NCBI GenBank assembly: GCA_951406725.2
Contig: OX597833.1
Location: 34,472,001-34,536,000, forward strand
Origin: Octopus vulgaris
Taxonomy: Eukaryota
Direction: 5' to 3'
DNA length: 64,000 bases
The notes below the pieces were generated by a model. The model had not been told where the DNA came from and searched no databases. It saw only the letters and a program-made list of their open reading frames with translations. Positions 25,330-38,342 of the stretch are shown one piece after another (the first letter of the stretch is position 1; every line of letters begins with the position of its first letter). The position numbers and the translations under genes were made by a program.

Positions 25330-27090
25330 AACAAGGCTACAAATGTTGCTGACTCTAATACTTGACTGGTTCTCTCAACCCCAGAAGGATGAAAAGCAAA
25401 ATAGAACTTTAGTGTGATTTGAATATAGAATGTAAAAAACTAGAACAAATACCACGAGGCATTTTGTCTGATGCTTTAAAGATTCTGCCAATCCATTGTC
25501 CTATTTCATAATAATAATTTCTACTATAGGCACAAGGCCTGAAATTTTTAGGAAGGGACTAATTAAGTACATTGACCACAGTGCTCAACTGGTACTTATT
25601 TCATCAACCCCAAAAGGATAACTTGGTGGACTTTCAGCTCAGAAGGTAAAGAAGGCTGAAATGTCCAGCATGCTAACAATTCTGCCAGTTTGCAGCTTGA
25701 ATAATTTCTTACAAAAGTAGAAGCCCAGAGATTTGGAAGGAGGAAGCAGTCAATTGACCTTAGTACTTGACTGGTACTTTTATCTTATTAATCTTAGAAA
25801 GATTGAAGGCAAAACTAACTTCAGTGGGACTTGATCTCAGAACAAAGAGCTGGAACAAATACTGTTAAGCATTTTGTTTGATATTCAAACAATGCTGCTA
25901 CTGCCGCTGCCACCGCCACCACCACCACCAATAATAATAATTATTTATTTATTAATAATAATAATAATAATAATAACAACTTCAAATTTTGGCACAAGGC
26001 TAGTAAGTTCGAGGAAGAGAATGAGGCGAATACACATGAGTGCTGAACTGGTATTTATTTTATCGAACCTGAAGGGCAAAGTCAACCATGGCAGAATTTG
26101 AACTTAGAACATCAAAACGAATGAAATACTAAGCATTTTGCCTATTGTGCTAACAAATCTACCAGCTTGCTACCTTAATAATAATAATAATAATTTCTAT
26201 CAGGTACAAGGCCAGAAGTTTCGGGGGGTGAGAATATAATTATATTGAAATTATATCAGTACTTCACTGGTACTTTATCAATCCTGGAAAGATGAAAGTC
26301 CAAGTCAACCTTAGAAGCCTTTGAACTCACAACACAAAAGAGATGTAATAAAAATACCGCTTAAACTGATAAAGAATCTCTGCATGATCACTCAAAATGC
26401 TAGAAATAGCAGCCACCAAATATCTCTCAAAAACAAGTAACTAGATTATGTGGTGTCCCCTAGGTTTCCTTCACAGAGGATTAAAAGAAACAGGAGAGTC
26501 ACAGTTGGAATGCTTTTGATCATAAGTTTGATTAATCAAGGTTGACTTGTGATAAGACAATAACAACAACAACAAAAAATACCACAAAATATTCTGTGTC
26601 CAATACACTGTTGCTTCTACAAACTGATAGCCCTTTTCGTAGTAGTAGTAATAATAATAATAACAACAACAATAATAATGATGATAATAATAATGTCTTC
26701 TACTAAAGGTACAAGGCCTGAAATTACATTGACTCTAGTGTTTCACTGGTACTTAATTTATTCCCCCCCCCCCCCAGATGAAAGGAAAAGTTGAACTCAG
26801 AACAGAAAGACGGACAAAATGCTACTAAGCATTTTTCCTGATGTGCTAATGATTCTGCCAGCTTGCTGTCTTAATAATAATAATTACAATCTTTTCTACT
26901 ATAGGCACATGGCCTGAAATTTTGTGGGAGGTAGGTTAATTGAGCACATTGTTCTCAGTGCTCAACTGGTACTTATGACGAAAAGCAAAGTCAACCTCGG
27001 TGAAATTTGAACCTAGAATGTAAAGAGCAAAAAGAAATGCCACTAAGCATTTTATCTTGTGGAGTAATGATTCTACTAGCTTGCCACCTT
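25330..27090 (-). mobile_element. Array of about 7 same-orientation degenerate SINEs (family 2), mostly separated by (AAT)n
   Basis: Recurrent GGCACAAGGC..CTGGTACTT..GAAAGGCAAAGTCAACCT..ATTTGAACTCAGAA..TAAGCATTTT..TTCTGCCAGCT units near 25330, 25528, 25710, 25988, 26200, 26705 and 26900. Confidence 0.85.
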
Positions 27091-29189
27091 AATAAACACA
27101 ATAATAATAACAATAATAATAATAATAATAATGGCAGCAATTAAGAAAATTTTGATTATATTATGAATTCTTCAAATTATTCTTATGATTTTCTTTTTTC
27201 ATGTTCTCTTACAAACCAAGTAGAGAATAAGGTTTTGATTCCTGGTTGTAACCATATCATTTTACTAAAAATGCTAATGACTTTGAATTTCACACAATCT
27301 CATATTTGTCTTTCTATTCTCAACAATTGAGCTTTTAGTGATAAGGTCAATTTTACACTTTTTATCAAAAATAAATCAATATAAAGTGTATATATGAGCA
27401 TGTGTGTGTATATATATGTTTGTATATATATATAAGATTGTTTTTATTTATAGTTATATATAAAAACACTCACTCATTGGTTGAAGAAGGCTCACTCAAT
27501 ACATTTAGGTAAAGTATCACATTTAGTTTTACAATGAAAAGGTTGACTAACTTTAAAGATTCCCTGTTGTTGGCTTTGTCAGGCAGTCTGAGGAAGCCAA
27601 TGACATCAAAGCAGCAAAAGCACAGCGAACCTTTCCTTTGTAACAATGTGTGTGTGTGTGTGTGTGTGTATGTGTGTGTGTAGAACAAATAGATATGCTG
27701 AAAGGTAAAAAAAATCAAATTTAGCAAAACTTAAAAAAGTGAATAAATAAAATAAAGTATAATCAATCAGTTAAATATATTCCAATAAAATTATTTTGTC
27801 AGCTTACCATTAATCTTGTAACAGAAAAGATTGGAAAGACATTTGAGATTCATTAAAAGGACTTAGAAGGAAAAAGATTACAAAAAAAAAATGAAAATGA
27901 AAATATGAGCAAGAATGGTTGTGTGCACTATAAGACTTCAAACCTAATTATTATAGTCACACCAGATTCTACAAGATCTCAACAGTTGAAAGATCAATTG
28001 TAAGAAGAGCAGACACCTTTAAAACCAAAAGTTCCAATAATTTGTAAATTTTGAAATATGCAAAATCTGTCCCATACATGCTTGGGAGCAAGAACAAAAA
28101 GATGTTTGTAAAACAGTATCAGTGTATTTAACTAAATCAGAAACATAACAGTTTTCTATCCAAGTAAACATCATTCACACATATTTCATGGCCATACCAG
28201 TGCATCCATCTTAACAATAACAACAATACCTATCCAATGGATCATACTTAAAACTTGTTTTTCCAATCTGAGATATTCACAATGCCTTCTGTTCAAAATT
28301 ATAAATAACTTCATGTTTTTGATGCATGTGTGTGTGTGTAAGAGAGATAGACAGACAGACAGACAGGCAGAGAGACAGAGACAGTGAATGTGTGTGTCCG
28401 TATGTGCAAAGATAAATTGGGGAAAATAAATGAATTTTAAAAAATTAACCTAGCTAAATACATTAATATTAAGCTGGAGTAATTTATTCCAAGTAAAACA
28501 TAAGTGGTTTAGTAGTGTCATGTTAATTTATAATTCTTCAAATTTGCTAAATTTTCCAATCCACTAAAATCTACATAAACTAGCATGAGTCAATAAGCGT
28601 CCCTACATGGTATTTTGGCCAATTAAGAAATAGCAGTTGAATCTTCCTCAAATCACACCCAACTATCTCAAGAAGAGGGAAGGCTCACTGGACTCTGTAG
28701 TTGAGTGAGGCTGTAAACAACAGGACCCTTATGTAGTACATAGCAGTACCACTGTTGGCTTTGATAGCCATGGGTACATTATGTCTGAATAAAAAAATGG
28801 AATGGTCACATATGGAATGCTTGATCTGGGCAAACCTTGAGTGAGGAATAAACGACAACCTACTCTTGCATAAAATAAATACAAGAAAATGTTTTAAATT
28901 ATGTAAAAGAAAAGCTGGAGGTAAAGGGTAAAAAATAAAATTCTCTTTTGCTTTCTTAATGCAAAGAGTGAAGAGGTCGAGCATACCTAAATGAACAAGT
29001 AACTAATAAATTCCTTGACTGCAACAAGTTCACTAGGTCATATATATAGTGATAAATCTCATTTGGAGGACAACTGAAGAATTTGTGGTTTTGTTTAGCA
29101 TGAAAGAGGGTTGTGGGAGAAGTCAATGTGGGGAAAATCATCACAATCATTATCGTCACTACCAACATCAGTATCATTAACATTCTTAT

Positions 29190-29411
29190 TTCTTTACTAC
29201 CCACAAGGGGCTACACACAGAGGGGACAAACAAGGACAGACAAATGGATTAAGTCAATTATATCGACCCCAGTGCATAACTGGTACTTACTTAATCAACC
29301 CCAAAAGGAGGAAAGGCAAAGCTGACCTCGGCGGAATTTGAACTCAGAACGTAAAGACAGACGAAATACCGCTAAGCATTTCGCCCGGCGTGCTCACGTT
29401 TCTGCCAGCTC
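29190..29411 (-). mobile_element. Young copy of SINE family 2
   Basis: Minus strand reads GAGCTGGCAGAAACGTGAGCACGCCGGGCGAAATGCTTAGCGG...GAGTTCAAATTCCGCCGAGGTC, with a tRNA-like head and CpGs intact. Other copies near 23790, 30940, 32690, 33550, 38580, 52590, 52790 and 53270. Confidence 0.88.
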
Positions 29412-29600
29412 ATTAACATTCTTGGCATAGAAAACAAGCAAGTGGGGTTGCTTGTGTAATTCCCTTGGCTTGCTCATTGTAACAGCCAAATCTCCCTCAA
29501 CTAACTGCTGATGAATGTCTTTTGAATGAAGGAGTGGGGAATTATGTATGTAAGATTTAAAATAAAAAATAAAAACAATAAAAAGACAAAGATGACCAAT

Positions 29601-29768
29601 TATTTACATTTGATGGATATTTGTCCTCATTTTGTTTGCTGTTAACACAATGTTTCGGCTGATATACCCTCCAGCCGAAACGTTGTGTTAACAACATACA
29701 AGATGAGGACAAATATCCATCAAATATAAATAATGTAAATAATTCCTCATCTCTTAAATATAGAACTG
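29601..29768. mobile_element. Fold-back insertion with a 13-bp target-site duplication and a partial hammerhead-like motif
   Basis: AAAGATGACCAAT at 29588-29600 and 29769-29781. Arms of about 60 bp surround the loop ATATACCCTC, with GGCTG/CAGCC followed by GAAACGTT. Confidence 0.8.
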
Positions 29769-30264
29769 AAAGATGACCAATGTTAAAGATATTGATGAAC
29801 ACTACTCCTCTGATTAAACTTTGCTCTCACAGAAGTAATCAAAGCAACAAATGACAACTGCAGCAGTAGCAGCCACCACCACTATTGTCATCATAAATAT
29901 AGCTTTATGGTTGTATTATAACTGTCGTGAATCTTCATTAAAATTCTCAAGAAGCAAAACTGACAGATAATAAACTCTTGAAATAAAAGAATTATAAGAA
30001 AGACATTTGCATTTCAGAATGATTTTGATGGCCATTGTTTAGTTGCAGGTCAGCCTTAATTGAGCAGACATATGAATAAAGAAAATCCAGCCATAACTCA
30101 CCATTTTTGCAATCATATCATATATAACAGATCTATATTATGCAAGTGTTCTTTTTTTAATTTATGAGTTGTGATTTGAGGGAGATTTGTCTGCTTGTTT
30201 TAGCATTTAAAGTGATTACATAATAGTGTGATTCAATCAATGTAAGAAAAAAAAAACTGTTTAA

Positions 30265-30477
30265 CCCTTTAGCATTTAAAACAGCCATATGTAACCAAAA
30301 TATTCTACCTATTTTATGTTCAAACTGATTAGATCCAGCCTCTCACACCTACCCTACAATGCCATTCTAAAAGTATATAAATACATCATTGAAATCTTGA
30401 AGCTATGAGATAATGATTAATTAAAAATAAAGTGAATAAATAAGCATTATTTTCAGAGTAATCTGAGCACTAAAGGG
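30265..30477. mobile_element. piggyBac-type MITE
   Basis: TTAA|CCCTTTAG ... CTAAAGGG|TTAA: TTAA duplication at 30261-30264 and 30478-30481, with CCC/GGG termini. Confidence 0.8.
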
Positions 30478-31510
30478 TTAAAATTTCATCTATAACTAAT
30501 TAAAAAAGTTGATTAATTATGCTAATTACTTTATATCAGGATTTTTTAAAGAGTGATTGATGTCTATACTGATGGAAAGATGGAATGTCTATGCTTTTTT
30601 TCCAAGAGCATTACTATATTAGAAGATGTGGTGGTAAATGGCTTTCCCTAAGATGTGAAACCGCATGATGGTCAGTGTTCATGACAGCACTGATTAATAT
30701 TATTGGTTGACTGAGACAACTGGACATCTCTCATTCACAATACTTTTCAATAATTTGGTAAAAACATAAACCAAAAATCTTTTATTTCATAGAGCTCTAA
30801 AATCTGTTAAACGAAGCTGGAAGATGTATTAATGTTACACAAAAAACTTCAAATGCAGTCTTTTGTACTGCATAACTACTACTACTACTCCCGCTGCTGC
30901 TGCTACTGCCGATGATGATGATGATAATTTCTAATTTTGTTACAAGGCTAGTAGTTTTGAGGGGAAGATTAGGTGACACTGTAAACTCCAGTATTTCAGT
31001 GGTATTTTATTTGATTAACCCTGAAAGGACTAAAGGCAAAGTTGACCTTGGCTGTATTTGAAATCAGAACATAAGGAGTTAGAAGAAATATCACAAAACA
31101 TTTTACCAACACTCTAACAACACTGCCAATTCAAATCCATATAAACAATAATTTACTTAAACTAATTTTGACTTATGAGCCCAATATTTCATACACAAAC
31201 TCATAAAGTGAGGTAAGAAGATAAACTGAAACTGGACAGGAGTCAGTTTGTTGAGAAGTTATTGCTTCTCAACTGTATTCATGAATAATAATACTGATAT
31301 TACTGATTTCTTCATCAACAAGAGATAATGATAATGATGATGATTTGTTTGAAATCATCTATGTGTCTGTTTTATACACACACACACACACACACACATA
31401 TAGCTTATGCACAACAATACTATTAACCTATGTTGATTAATAGTATTAACAATACTATTAATCAACATACATATGCTTCAGAATAAAGTATTAGTCAAGT
31501 GTAATATGAA

Positions 31511-31686
31511 ATTATATAAATGACAAAGGAACAGGAGATGATGCAATGGACTTCATCAGCTTACAGCTGTTTCTGCTACAAGATATACTGCACTTAGTTC
31601 TGAGTGCATTGCATCTTATAGCAGAAATGGTGGTAAGCTAACAAAGTTCAGTACGTACTTTCCAGTTCCTTTGTCATTTATATAAT
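31511..31686. repeat. Imperfect palindrome of 176 bp
   Basis: ATTATATAAATGACAAAGGAAC pairs with GTTCCTTTGTCATTTATATAAT; pairing continues with mismatches inward to TGCACT/AGTGCA. Confidence 0.85.
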
Positions 31687-34359
31687 CTCTCTCACACACA
31701 CACACACACACATTTTATATACATACATACATTACATACCTGCATGCATGTATACACACATGCATAGATACATATACATTATCGATACTATTTTATCATC
31801 ACTATATGATGAAAGGTCATGTAAAATTCAGGATTTGAATTCTGAACAATGAGAATTAAGCTACATAAACTAAGGCATCCAATCTGAGATTCTGCTGTCG
31901 TAGTCATGTCAAAAAACAAAAAAAAACATTGGGAATATCTGCTGTGCATAAAACATAAGGACAGTGTCCAAAAACAGGTGTATTATTTGTAGGATATCCC
32001 TCCTATGACCAAAAAACTGTATCACATCCCATGGAGTTGTGGCAGGGAACATAAAGGTGGAACTATTCACTCTCATAAAGTAAGATTAGAAGAACATTGT
32101 GAAGTCCTAATCCCTGGGAATACAGAATAAAAACGGGCAAGCTGGTCATTTGTGCTTGGGGAAAGGAAGCCATCAACCCTTGTAGAACAAAGTTAAGATA
32201 ATAAATAAGGAATGACTCAGAAAGGTAAGATGACTTAAAGAACCACAGCGCATGTCTTGAAAACCTCCTCAGTAGACTTAGCATGAATATGAGCAGAACA
32301 TGGAGGCCTTTAATAAATAACACAAGACTGATGGCAATTAAAAAAAAAAGGTTAGTTTCAATTTCCATTATTGAATTATCCTTTGGGATAATGGAATAGT
32401 CAATATAAAAATTAAGTTTATCTGATGAGTGTGATTCAATCCCCAAATCACTCTCTCTCTCTTTCTACACACACACACACACACACATGAGTTCAAGTGG
32501 AATGAGCAGGCATCACAAAGACATAAACTAGGAGAACATCCTTAGCAGGGAGAATAGAATTAGAGTTTGACTTGAAAATTTGAGAAAGTTACAGCATACT
32601 ACAGGCACAGAAGAAAGCAAGAGGATACAACAATCAAGACAAAGTCACTAGTTTGATTATATCAATATGTAGTAATGGTTTCAAATTTTGACACTAGGCC
32701 AGCAATTTCGGGTGAGGGTTAAGTCAATTACATTGACCCCAGGGCTCAACTGGTACTCATTTTATCGACCCTGAAAGGATGAAAGGCAAAGTCGGCCTTG
32801 GCAACCTTTGAACTCAGAATGTAAAGTCAGAAGAAATACTGCTAAGCATTTTGTCCAATGCACTAATGATTCTGCCAGCTTGCTGTCTTATATCAATATG
32901 TAATAATGATAATTCCTCCTCTCAGAAATTCATAGCAAATTAATGACTTGTATGGTGAAGAAATGAAATATCAGAATACAGCTGAAGCTGTTAAATCACA
33001 GTGTATATTCATATTTCCATATGTATTCTCTTTTAGGGGTAAAGTATTTTATATATATATAGCTTAAAGAAAGTGGGGGAAAAGTACTACATTTGTGGAA
33101 GAGAAGTGCAGTGTATGTATATCTTATATTGTGAAGAGTAGCTTATGTATAATTTTATTGGAGTGTGGAGCAATGTGTATATATTTTGTGATATGAAGAG
33201 CAGTGTGTGTATACTTCATTGAAGTCCACTGGCACTATGTATATATAGGGGTCAGGATCGCATAGCTTTCAGGCAACATTGGTTAGCAACACTCTACAAA
33301 AGCAATTTCCTCAAACAAATCACTGCAACTTATCAAAACAAATATTTGCCATATGTCTGATAGAATGGTAGGATTTGGAAAGATAAATGGCTAAAGTAGA
33401 TAAGAGTGTGTGTATGTGTGTAGAGAGAGATACAAACACATACATTACACTCATTGAGAAATGCCTTAGAATTAAAAGTAAAAAATGGACAGGTGAAGGC
33501 AAGGGATGGAATAAGAGAAGCTTGTAACAATTGTTTCTAACATAGACACAAGGCTTCAAATTTTTAGGAAGAAGGTTAGTTAGTTCAAATAACCATAACA
33601 TGTGACTGGTACACTGAATTACCAATCCAGCAAGGATAAAAGATATAGTCAACCTAAGTGGGATTTGAACTCAGAATGTAAAGAGCTGTAACTAAACCCT
33701 ACAAAGTATTGTGTTCAACACTCTAACGATTCTGCCAGCCCACTGCCCTAGAAACCTGTGATAAAGAAAATTCTACAAAGTCAATTAAAAAGATAAAATG
33801 TAATAGCTGGGTTTTTTTAAAAGTAAATTAATAAAATTAAGAGAGGAAAACTTGATGAAAAATAGTTTAAAATTAATATTACATTTTAAAAACATTAAAA
33901 AAAAAAATTTGTATCTGAAGGCAGCGCTCCAACATTGTCTTAGCTGTGATAGCTAAAACAAACTACAAATAAAAACTAATCTGAAGTTTCTCTTAAATTT
34001 TTGAAATAAAGAAATTGCAAAAGAGAGTTAAATCTGTTTTAGAAAGATATTTCCAATGCAAGTTGGAAATATAGGAATGGAAACAAAAGTAAAATAATGG
34101 TTTACACTTTTAATATTTCAGGCTGTGCATTTTGCACCTGCCCCTTCCACATGCCCATATGTGTGTGTGTGTGCATGCGTGTGTACAGTTCAGACCTAAG
34201 CTTGTACTCCTGATACAGGATTTCTAAATCCGAAATACTGAAATATAAGGTAAAAATGTAAATTATTGCTTTTGTTTTACATTTTTACATTTGTTTTCAT
34301 CTCTAATATTTCTAACTTGCATTCTAGTAGCTTTCTTGAAACACTTTTAAGAAAACATC

Positions 34360-34390
<31 letters not shown>

Positions 34391-34702
34391 CTATCTATAT
34401 ATATATATATTCTTGTTCTTCAGGAATTTTTAAAAATAAAAGTAAAAAAGTGTGAAGTAAAATGTTGTAGGTAGGGGGAGGATGGGAACCACAGTCCAAT
34501 ATTATTTTTTGTTTGGAGACAGGTAAATCTCTAAATGAAGTTGTAAACAACAATTAGATTTTTATCTGTTAACAATGTTGGTATTTTAGAAATTTTACAT
34601 AAAAAAACAACAAAAAAAAAGTCACAGAGTAGATATAGACATAAATAATTTAACATTATATTAGATTTAAAATTTTAAGAAAATAATAAAACTAATAAAA
34701 TG

Positions 34703-35363
34703 TTATTGTTGGTGTTCTTGGTTCCAGTCTAAAAAACCTACTGTGCGACCAGGAGGGAGAGCTTTACAAGTCATACAGTTTGCACGTAACTTCTGGATAC
34801 AGTAGGCAGGTATATGCCACTTGTCCATTATCAATATGGTCTGCATATTGTTCGTCTCCGTGCTGTTAGTGTATGATGCTGATGACGACACAAGGCGTGC
34901 CCCATGTGCACGCACTAACTCACCAATTTCGACCCGTGTCAAGTAGTAGATATCCTGCAGTTCAAAGCAGCCTTTCCCTAGATACCAGATATGACCAGTT
35001 GTGCTCTTGTGTGGGTGGTAGTCTGTCTGTTTGACTGTCTCCACTAAACACTGCAGCACACCGTAATCATCTGGGCTAAGAGGTAATACCTTGATAATAT
35101 CAATATGTCCAATGAGCTGGAGGTTCTTGAAGTTTGCCTGCACACCATTGTGCTCTAAAACATCAAGGAAATAGCCATCAGAATCACAGCAAGTCGGTAA
35201 CATTTTCACTATATTCTCCTCATGGCGTCGAGTAATTTCAAGGCCTATTTCTTCCTTCAGACTAGGAATTTGATAAAAGTCTACTTCATCACTAAGTTGC
35301 TGTAATTCTACCAGACTATCAGGCAGGTGAATTTTACTTGTGCGAAGAAAATTTAAAATATAT
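34703..35363 (-). CDS. KCTD-family BTB/POZ protein, terminal exon
   Basis: Poly-T tract plus CCAG acceptor. (R)YILNFLRTSKIHLP..LSDEVDFYQIPSL completes the T1-type BTB domain. Open to TAA at 34703-34705 (661 nt). Confidence 0.93.
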
Positions 35364-35957
35364 CTGGAAAGTAAAAAAAAAAAAAAAAAAAAAAACATTT
35401 AACAAAGTGATTAAAAGATGAATACAAAGTAAAATGCAACAAAAAAAATAGAAAGAGAATAAAATAAATCCTTGCAAGAAAATAGAGAATGATGGAATAT
35501 TAACAAGTGGAATTGGAAAGTAACGGAGCGAAATAATGAGAGGGTAGGTAGAGAAAGAAAAAGAGAGAAAGAGGAAATTGAATTTTAACAGTTGTAATAG
35601 CAAAAGTTGTTGTCAGACACGTATAACCATAGAACTAGTTGATGGAATAAAAACAATAGACACTGTAGTAGTAATGAATGCAGACAACTATTAACATAAT
35701 CTTCATATTAACAAAGTTCTGAAGACTACAAATGGAACTATCCCAGCATATAACATGAAAGCTTTCAAATATACTATCCTCTCTTTTTAGTCTCACCTTC
35801 AACAATGTAATGAGCCTTTGAATGGCCTAGTGGACCACATTTTGAACTCTATCAACAAGGTGGTTGTTCATGAATATAAGAAAAATATACAGAGAGTGAC
35901 TGTCATAAGTTTTATGGTAACACTGTAAAACAACTATGTAAAAATCAATGTAAGCTA

Positions 35958-37238
35958 CAGGGAGGGGCAGAGAGGATGGACATTTTTGAAAAATTCACAA
36001 AATCAGTAATTTTAGCTGCAAACAAATTTTAATGACATCGTTAAATCAAGTGAGGAAAACAGCATCCATCATCTGGTGTCCGTTTTCATTAATGCATTTC
36101 TGAAGGCTTTCTTGGAAGTTGGCCTCCACTCTCTCTCCAGCATTGCTCTGTCAAGTTGGGCAACTTCCATATGAACAGCTTCCTTCAAATCATCCTGTGT
36201 ACAGGGCTAATGTGCATACACACATGCCTTAAAGTTTCCCCACAAGAAATAATCACCCATGGACAAATCAGGGGACCAAAGAATGTCAGCAAACCTGGAA
36301 ATGAGGTGGCTACTGAAGAGAGGTCGAAGAACGTCCATTGATCTCTGGCTGTGTAGACTGTCACCCTATCCAGCTGAAACCACACATCTCAAATAGGTAC
36401 ATGTTTTCATCATAATTCAAGTACAAAGAAGTTGTTTATCCCCTTGATGTAACACTCAGAGTTCACAGTAACAGCATTTCCATTATTGTCTTAAAAAAAG
36501 TAAGGACCAATGACGGTAGCTTTTCCAGCAGCACACCAAACTGTCACTTTTAGGCTGTGGTCTTTCATGCAGTTCTCTTGGATTTTCAAGAGCCCAGTAA
36601 CGACAGTTCTGTTGATTCACCATGCCATTGAAATGAAATTGAGCTTCATCACTCATTAACAAAATGAGGTTGTCATTTGCCTCAAAAATTGTTTCTATCT
36701 GATGTGTGAAGTTAAGCCATTGTGCATAGTCCCATGGTTTCAACTGTTGCCGAATGACCAGTTTATATGAGTGGAAATGCAGGACTTCATGCAAAATATG
36801 CCTTACTGATCGATTACTGATGCCAAGTTCAGTGGAATGCATGCAAGCAGAGTGATTCAGACTCTGTATCAAAGCTTGTCTGACACATTCCACACTTTCT
36901 GGGTCCCATACTATTCATAGCACTCCCACCGGTCTCCTATTCATTAGGGTACCTTGTGTACGAAGTGCATTCACCCAATGTAAGATTATATTACGGGTGG
37001 GAACAGCCTGACTTCGGTGAACATTGAAGTAGCACCGAAACTCACACTGAACTGCTGTGACAGACTTCACATAACTGTTGTAGGCAAATATGTGATGCTC
37101 TGTCATCCACAGTGCCATGGCTTCATCTAAAAAGGAAAAAATGCTAAGACACCATGGACTGAATGGTACCTGTCAGACATATGTCCCACCCCCTGGGGCT
37201 GAGTAATGGCCATTTCAAAAACGTCCATCCTCTCTGCC
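35958..37238 (-). mobile_element. Decayed Tc1/mariner-superfamily transposon (rosa/maT-like transposase)
   Basis: TA|CAGGG start. Inverted GGCAGAGAGGATGGAC(A/G)TTTTTGAAA at both ends. Broken ORFs contain SDEAQFHFNGMVNQQNCRYW and WFQLD..TA. Confidence 0.88.
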
Positions 37239-38153
37239 TTGCATCAGCATGGCCGCAGCTCTTAGTGGAAACTTTAAAAAAATAAATAAATTTTTTAAAT
37301 ATTTAAAAAAAACAGATAAAAAGGAGATCAAAAAATCCAAGCTGGATCTTCAGTAAGCACTCCTGTGAATACTGGCTATAAAGTGTATAGAGTGTATATC
37401 TGAGGATGGCTTATCTTAAAGAAATCTACTTTTGCATTACATAATGACTACCTTATTGCATAAGCTTTACCGATGTATATTCATTACTCTGAACAAGGAT
37501 AGCACTTTGTGATCTTAAGATGATTAGACAAAATAGAGACCAGACCAGAATGGGCCATAGCAGGCAAGGATATACCAAACAAGAGCAAAATAGACAAGGC
37601 CAGGCCAAAACTGATAAGCCAGGTAAAGAGAGATCAAGGTAAGATTTAACTGGCAGAAATTTAACATTGGATATGTGCTGAGAAGTCTTTTACTTCCAGT
37701 GCTGCCTGTAGCCATGGTAAGCAGGTTCTTACTGTGCATTATAAGTCTCCCATGCTTTAACTTCTTTTTACACCCTCCACTTCATCTTTTGTCTGGGCTG
37801 AACACTTGTTCCATTGTTACTGTTTAGTCCCAGGTCAGCCATGACTGAGCTGATTAATGAACAAAGACACTTCAGTCATAACTCTTCTATTTTCTAAGTT
37901 TTGTTTATCTAGAATTGTCCAAAATGTCCCTTTTCTAATGCAGTCAAAGGAGATTTGGCTGTTATTTCTAACAGGTCAAACATACAGTGGCTAGCTTGTT
38001 AGCTCAACTTAAACCATTATTCAATGGCAAACTTTCAATACAGAATAAATTTCTGAATTCTAAAACAAAAAATAAGATATACAAAAATACTCAAAGCTGG
38101 GAATAATTTTAAAAATGAAGCCAACAAAGAAATTTAGACTTAATAAAACTTAC

Positions 38154-38342
38154 CGAAACAGTTTTCCATCTCGATCAATAAAGTAGTTTCCATCTTTGTC
38201 TTTGGCTGAAGGCAAGTCACCTTCAAACATACGAGCTAGCATTGATTCTGAGTAGCTGACCAATGTGAGATAAGAGGTAGTGTAAATCACCCCACCTACA
38301 TTCAGGTTGACAGGGTCAGAGCTTTTTCTGCCATTGTTAAGT
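38154..38342 (-). CDS. KCTD6/11/21-like BTB exon (missed by the ORF track)
   Basis: 189 nt, phase 2 at both ends, acceptor TTTGAAG, donor CG|GTAAG. Reads LNNGRKSSDPVNLNVGGVIYTTSYLTLVSYSESMLARMFEGDLPSAKDKDGNYFIDRDGKLF(R) and joins in frame to 35363. Confidence 0.95.

Noticed and set aside
25330-27090. Regularly recurring repeats as a CRISPR-like array
   Set aside because: Units are diverged SINEs of about 150-200 bp, not short repeats with unique spacers; eukaryotic context and no cas genes.
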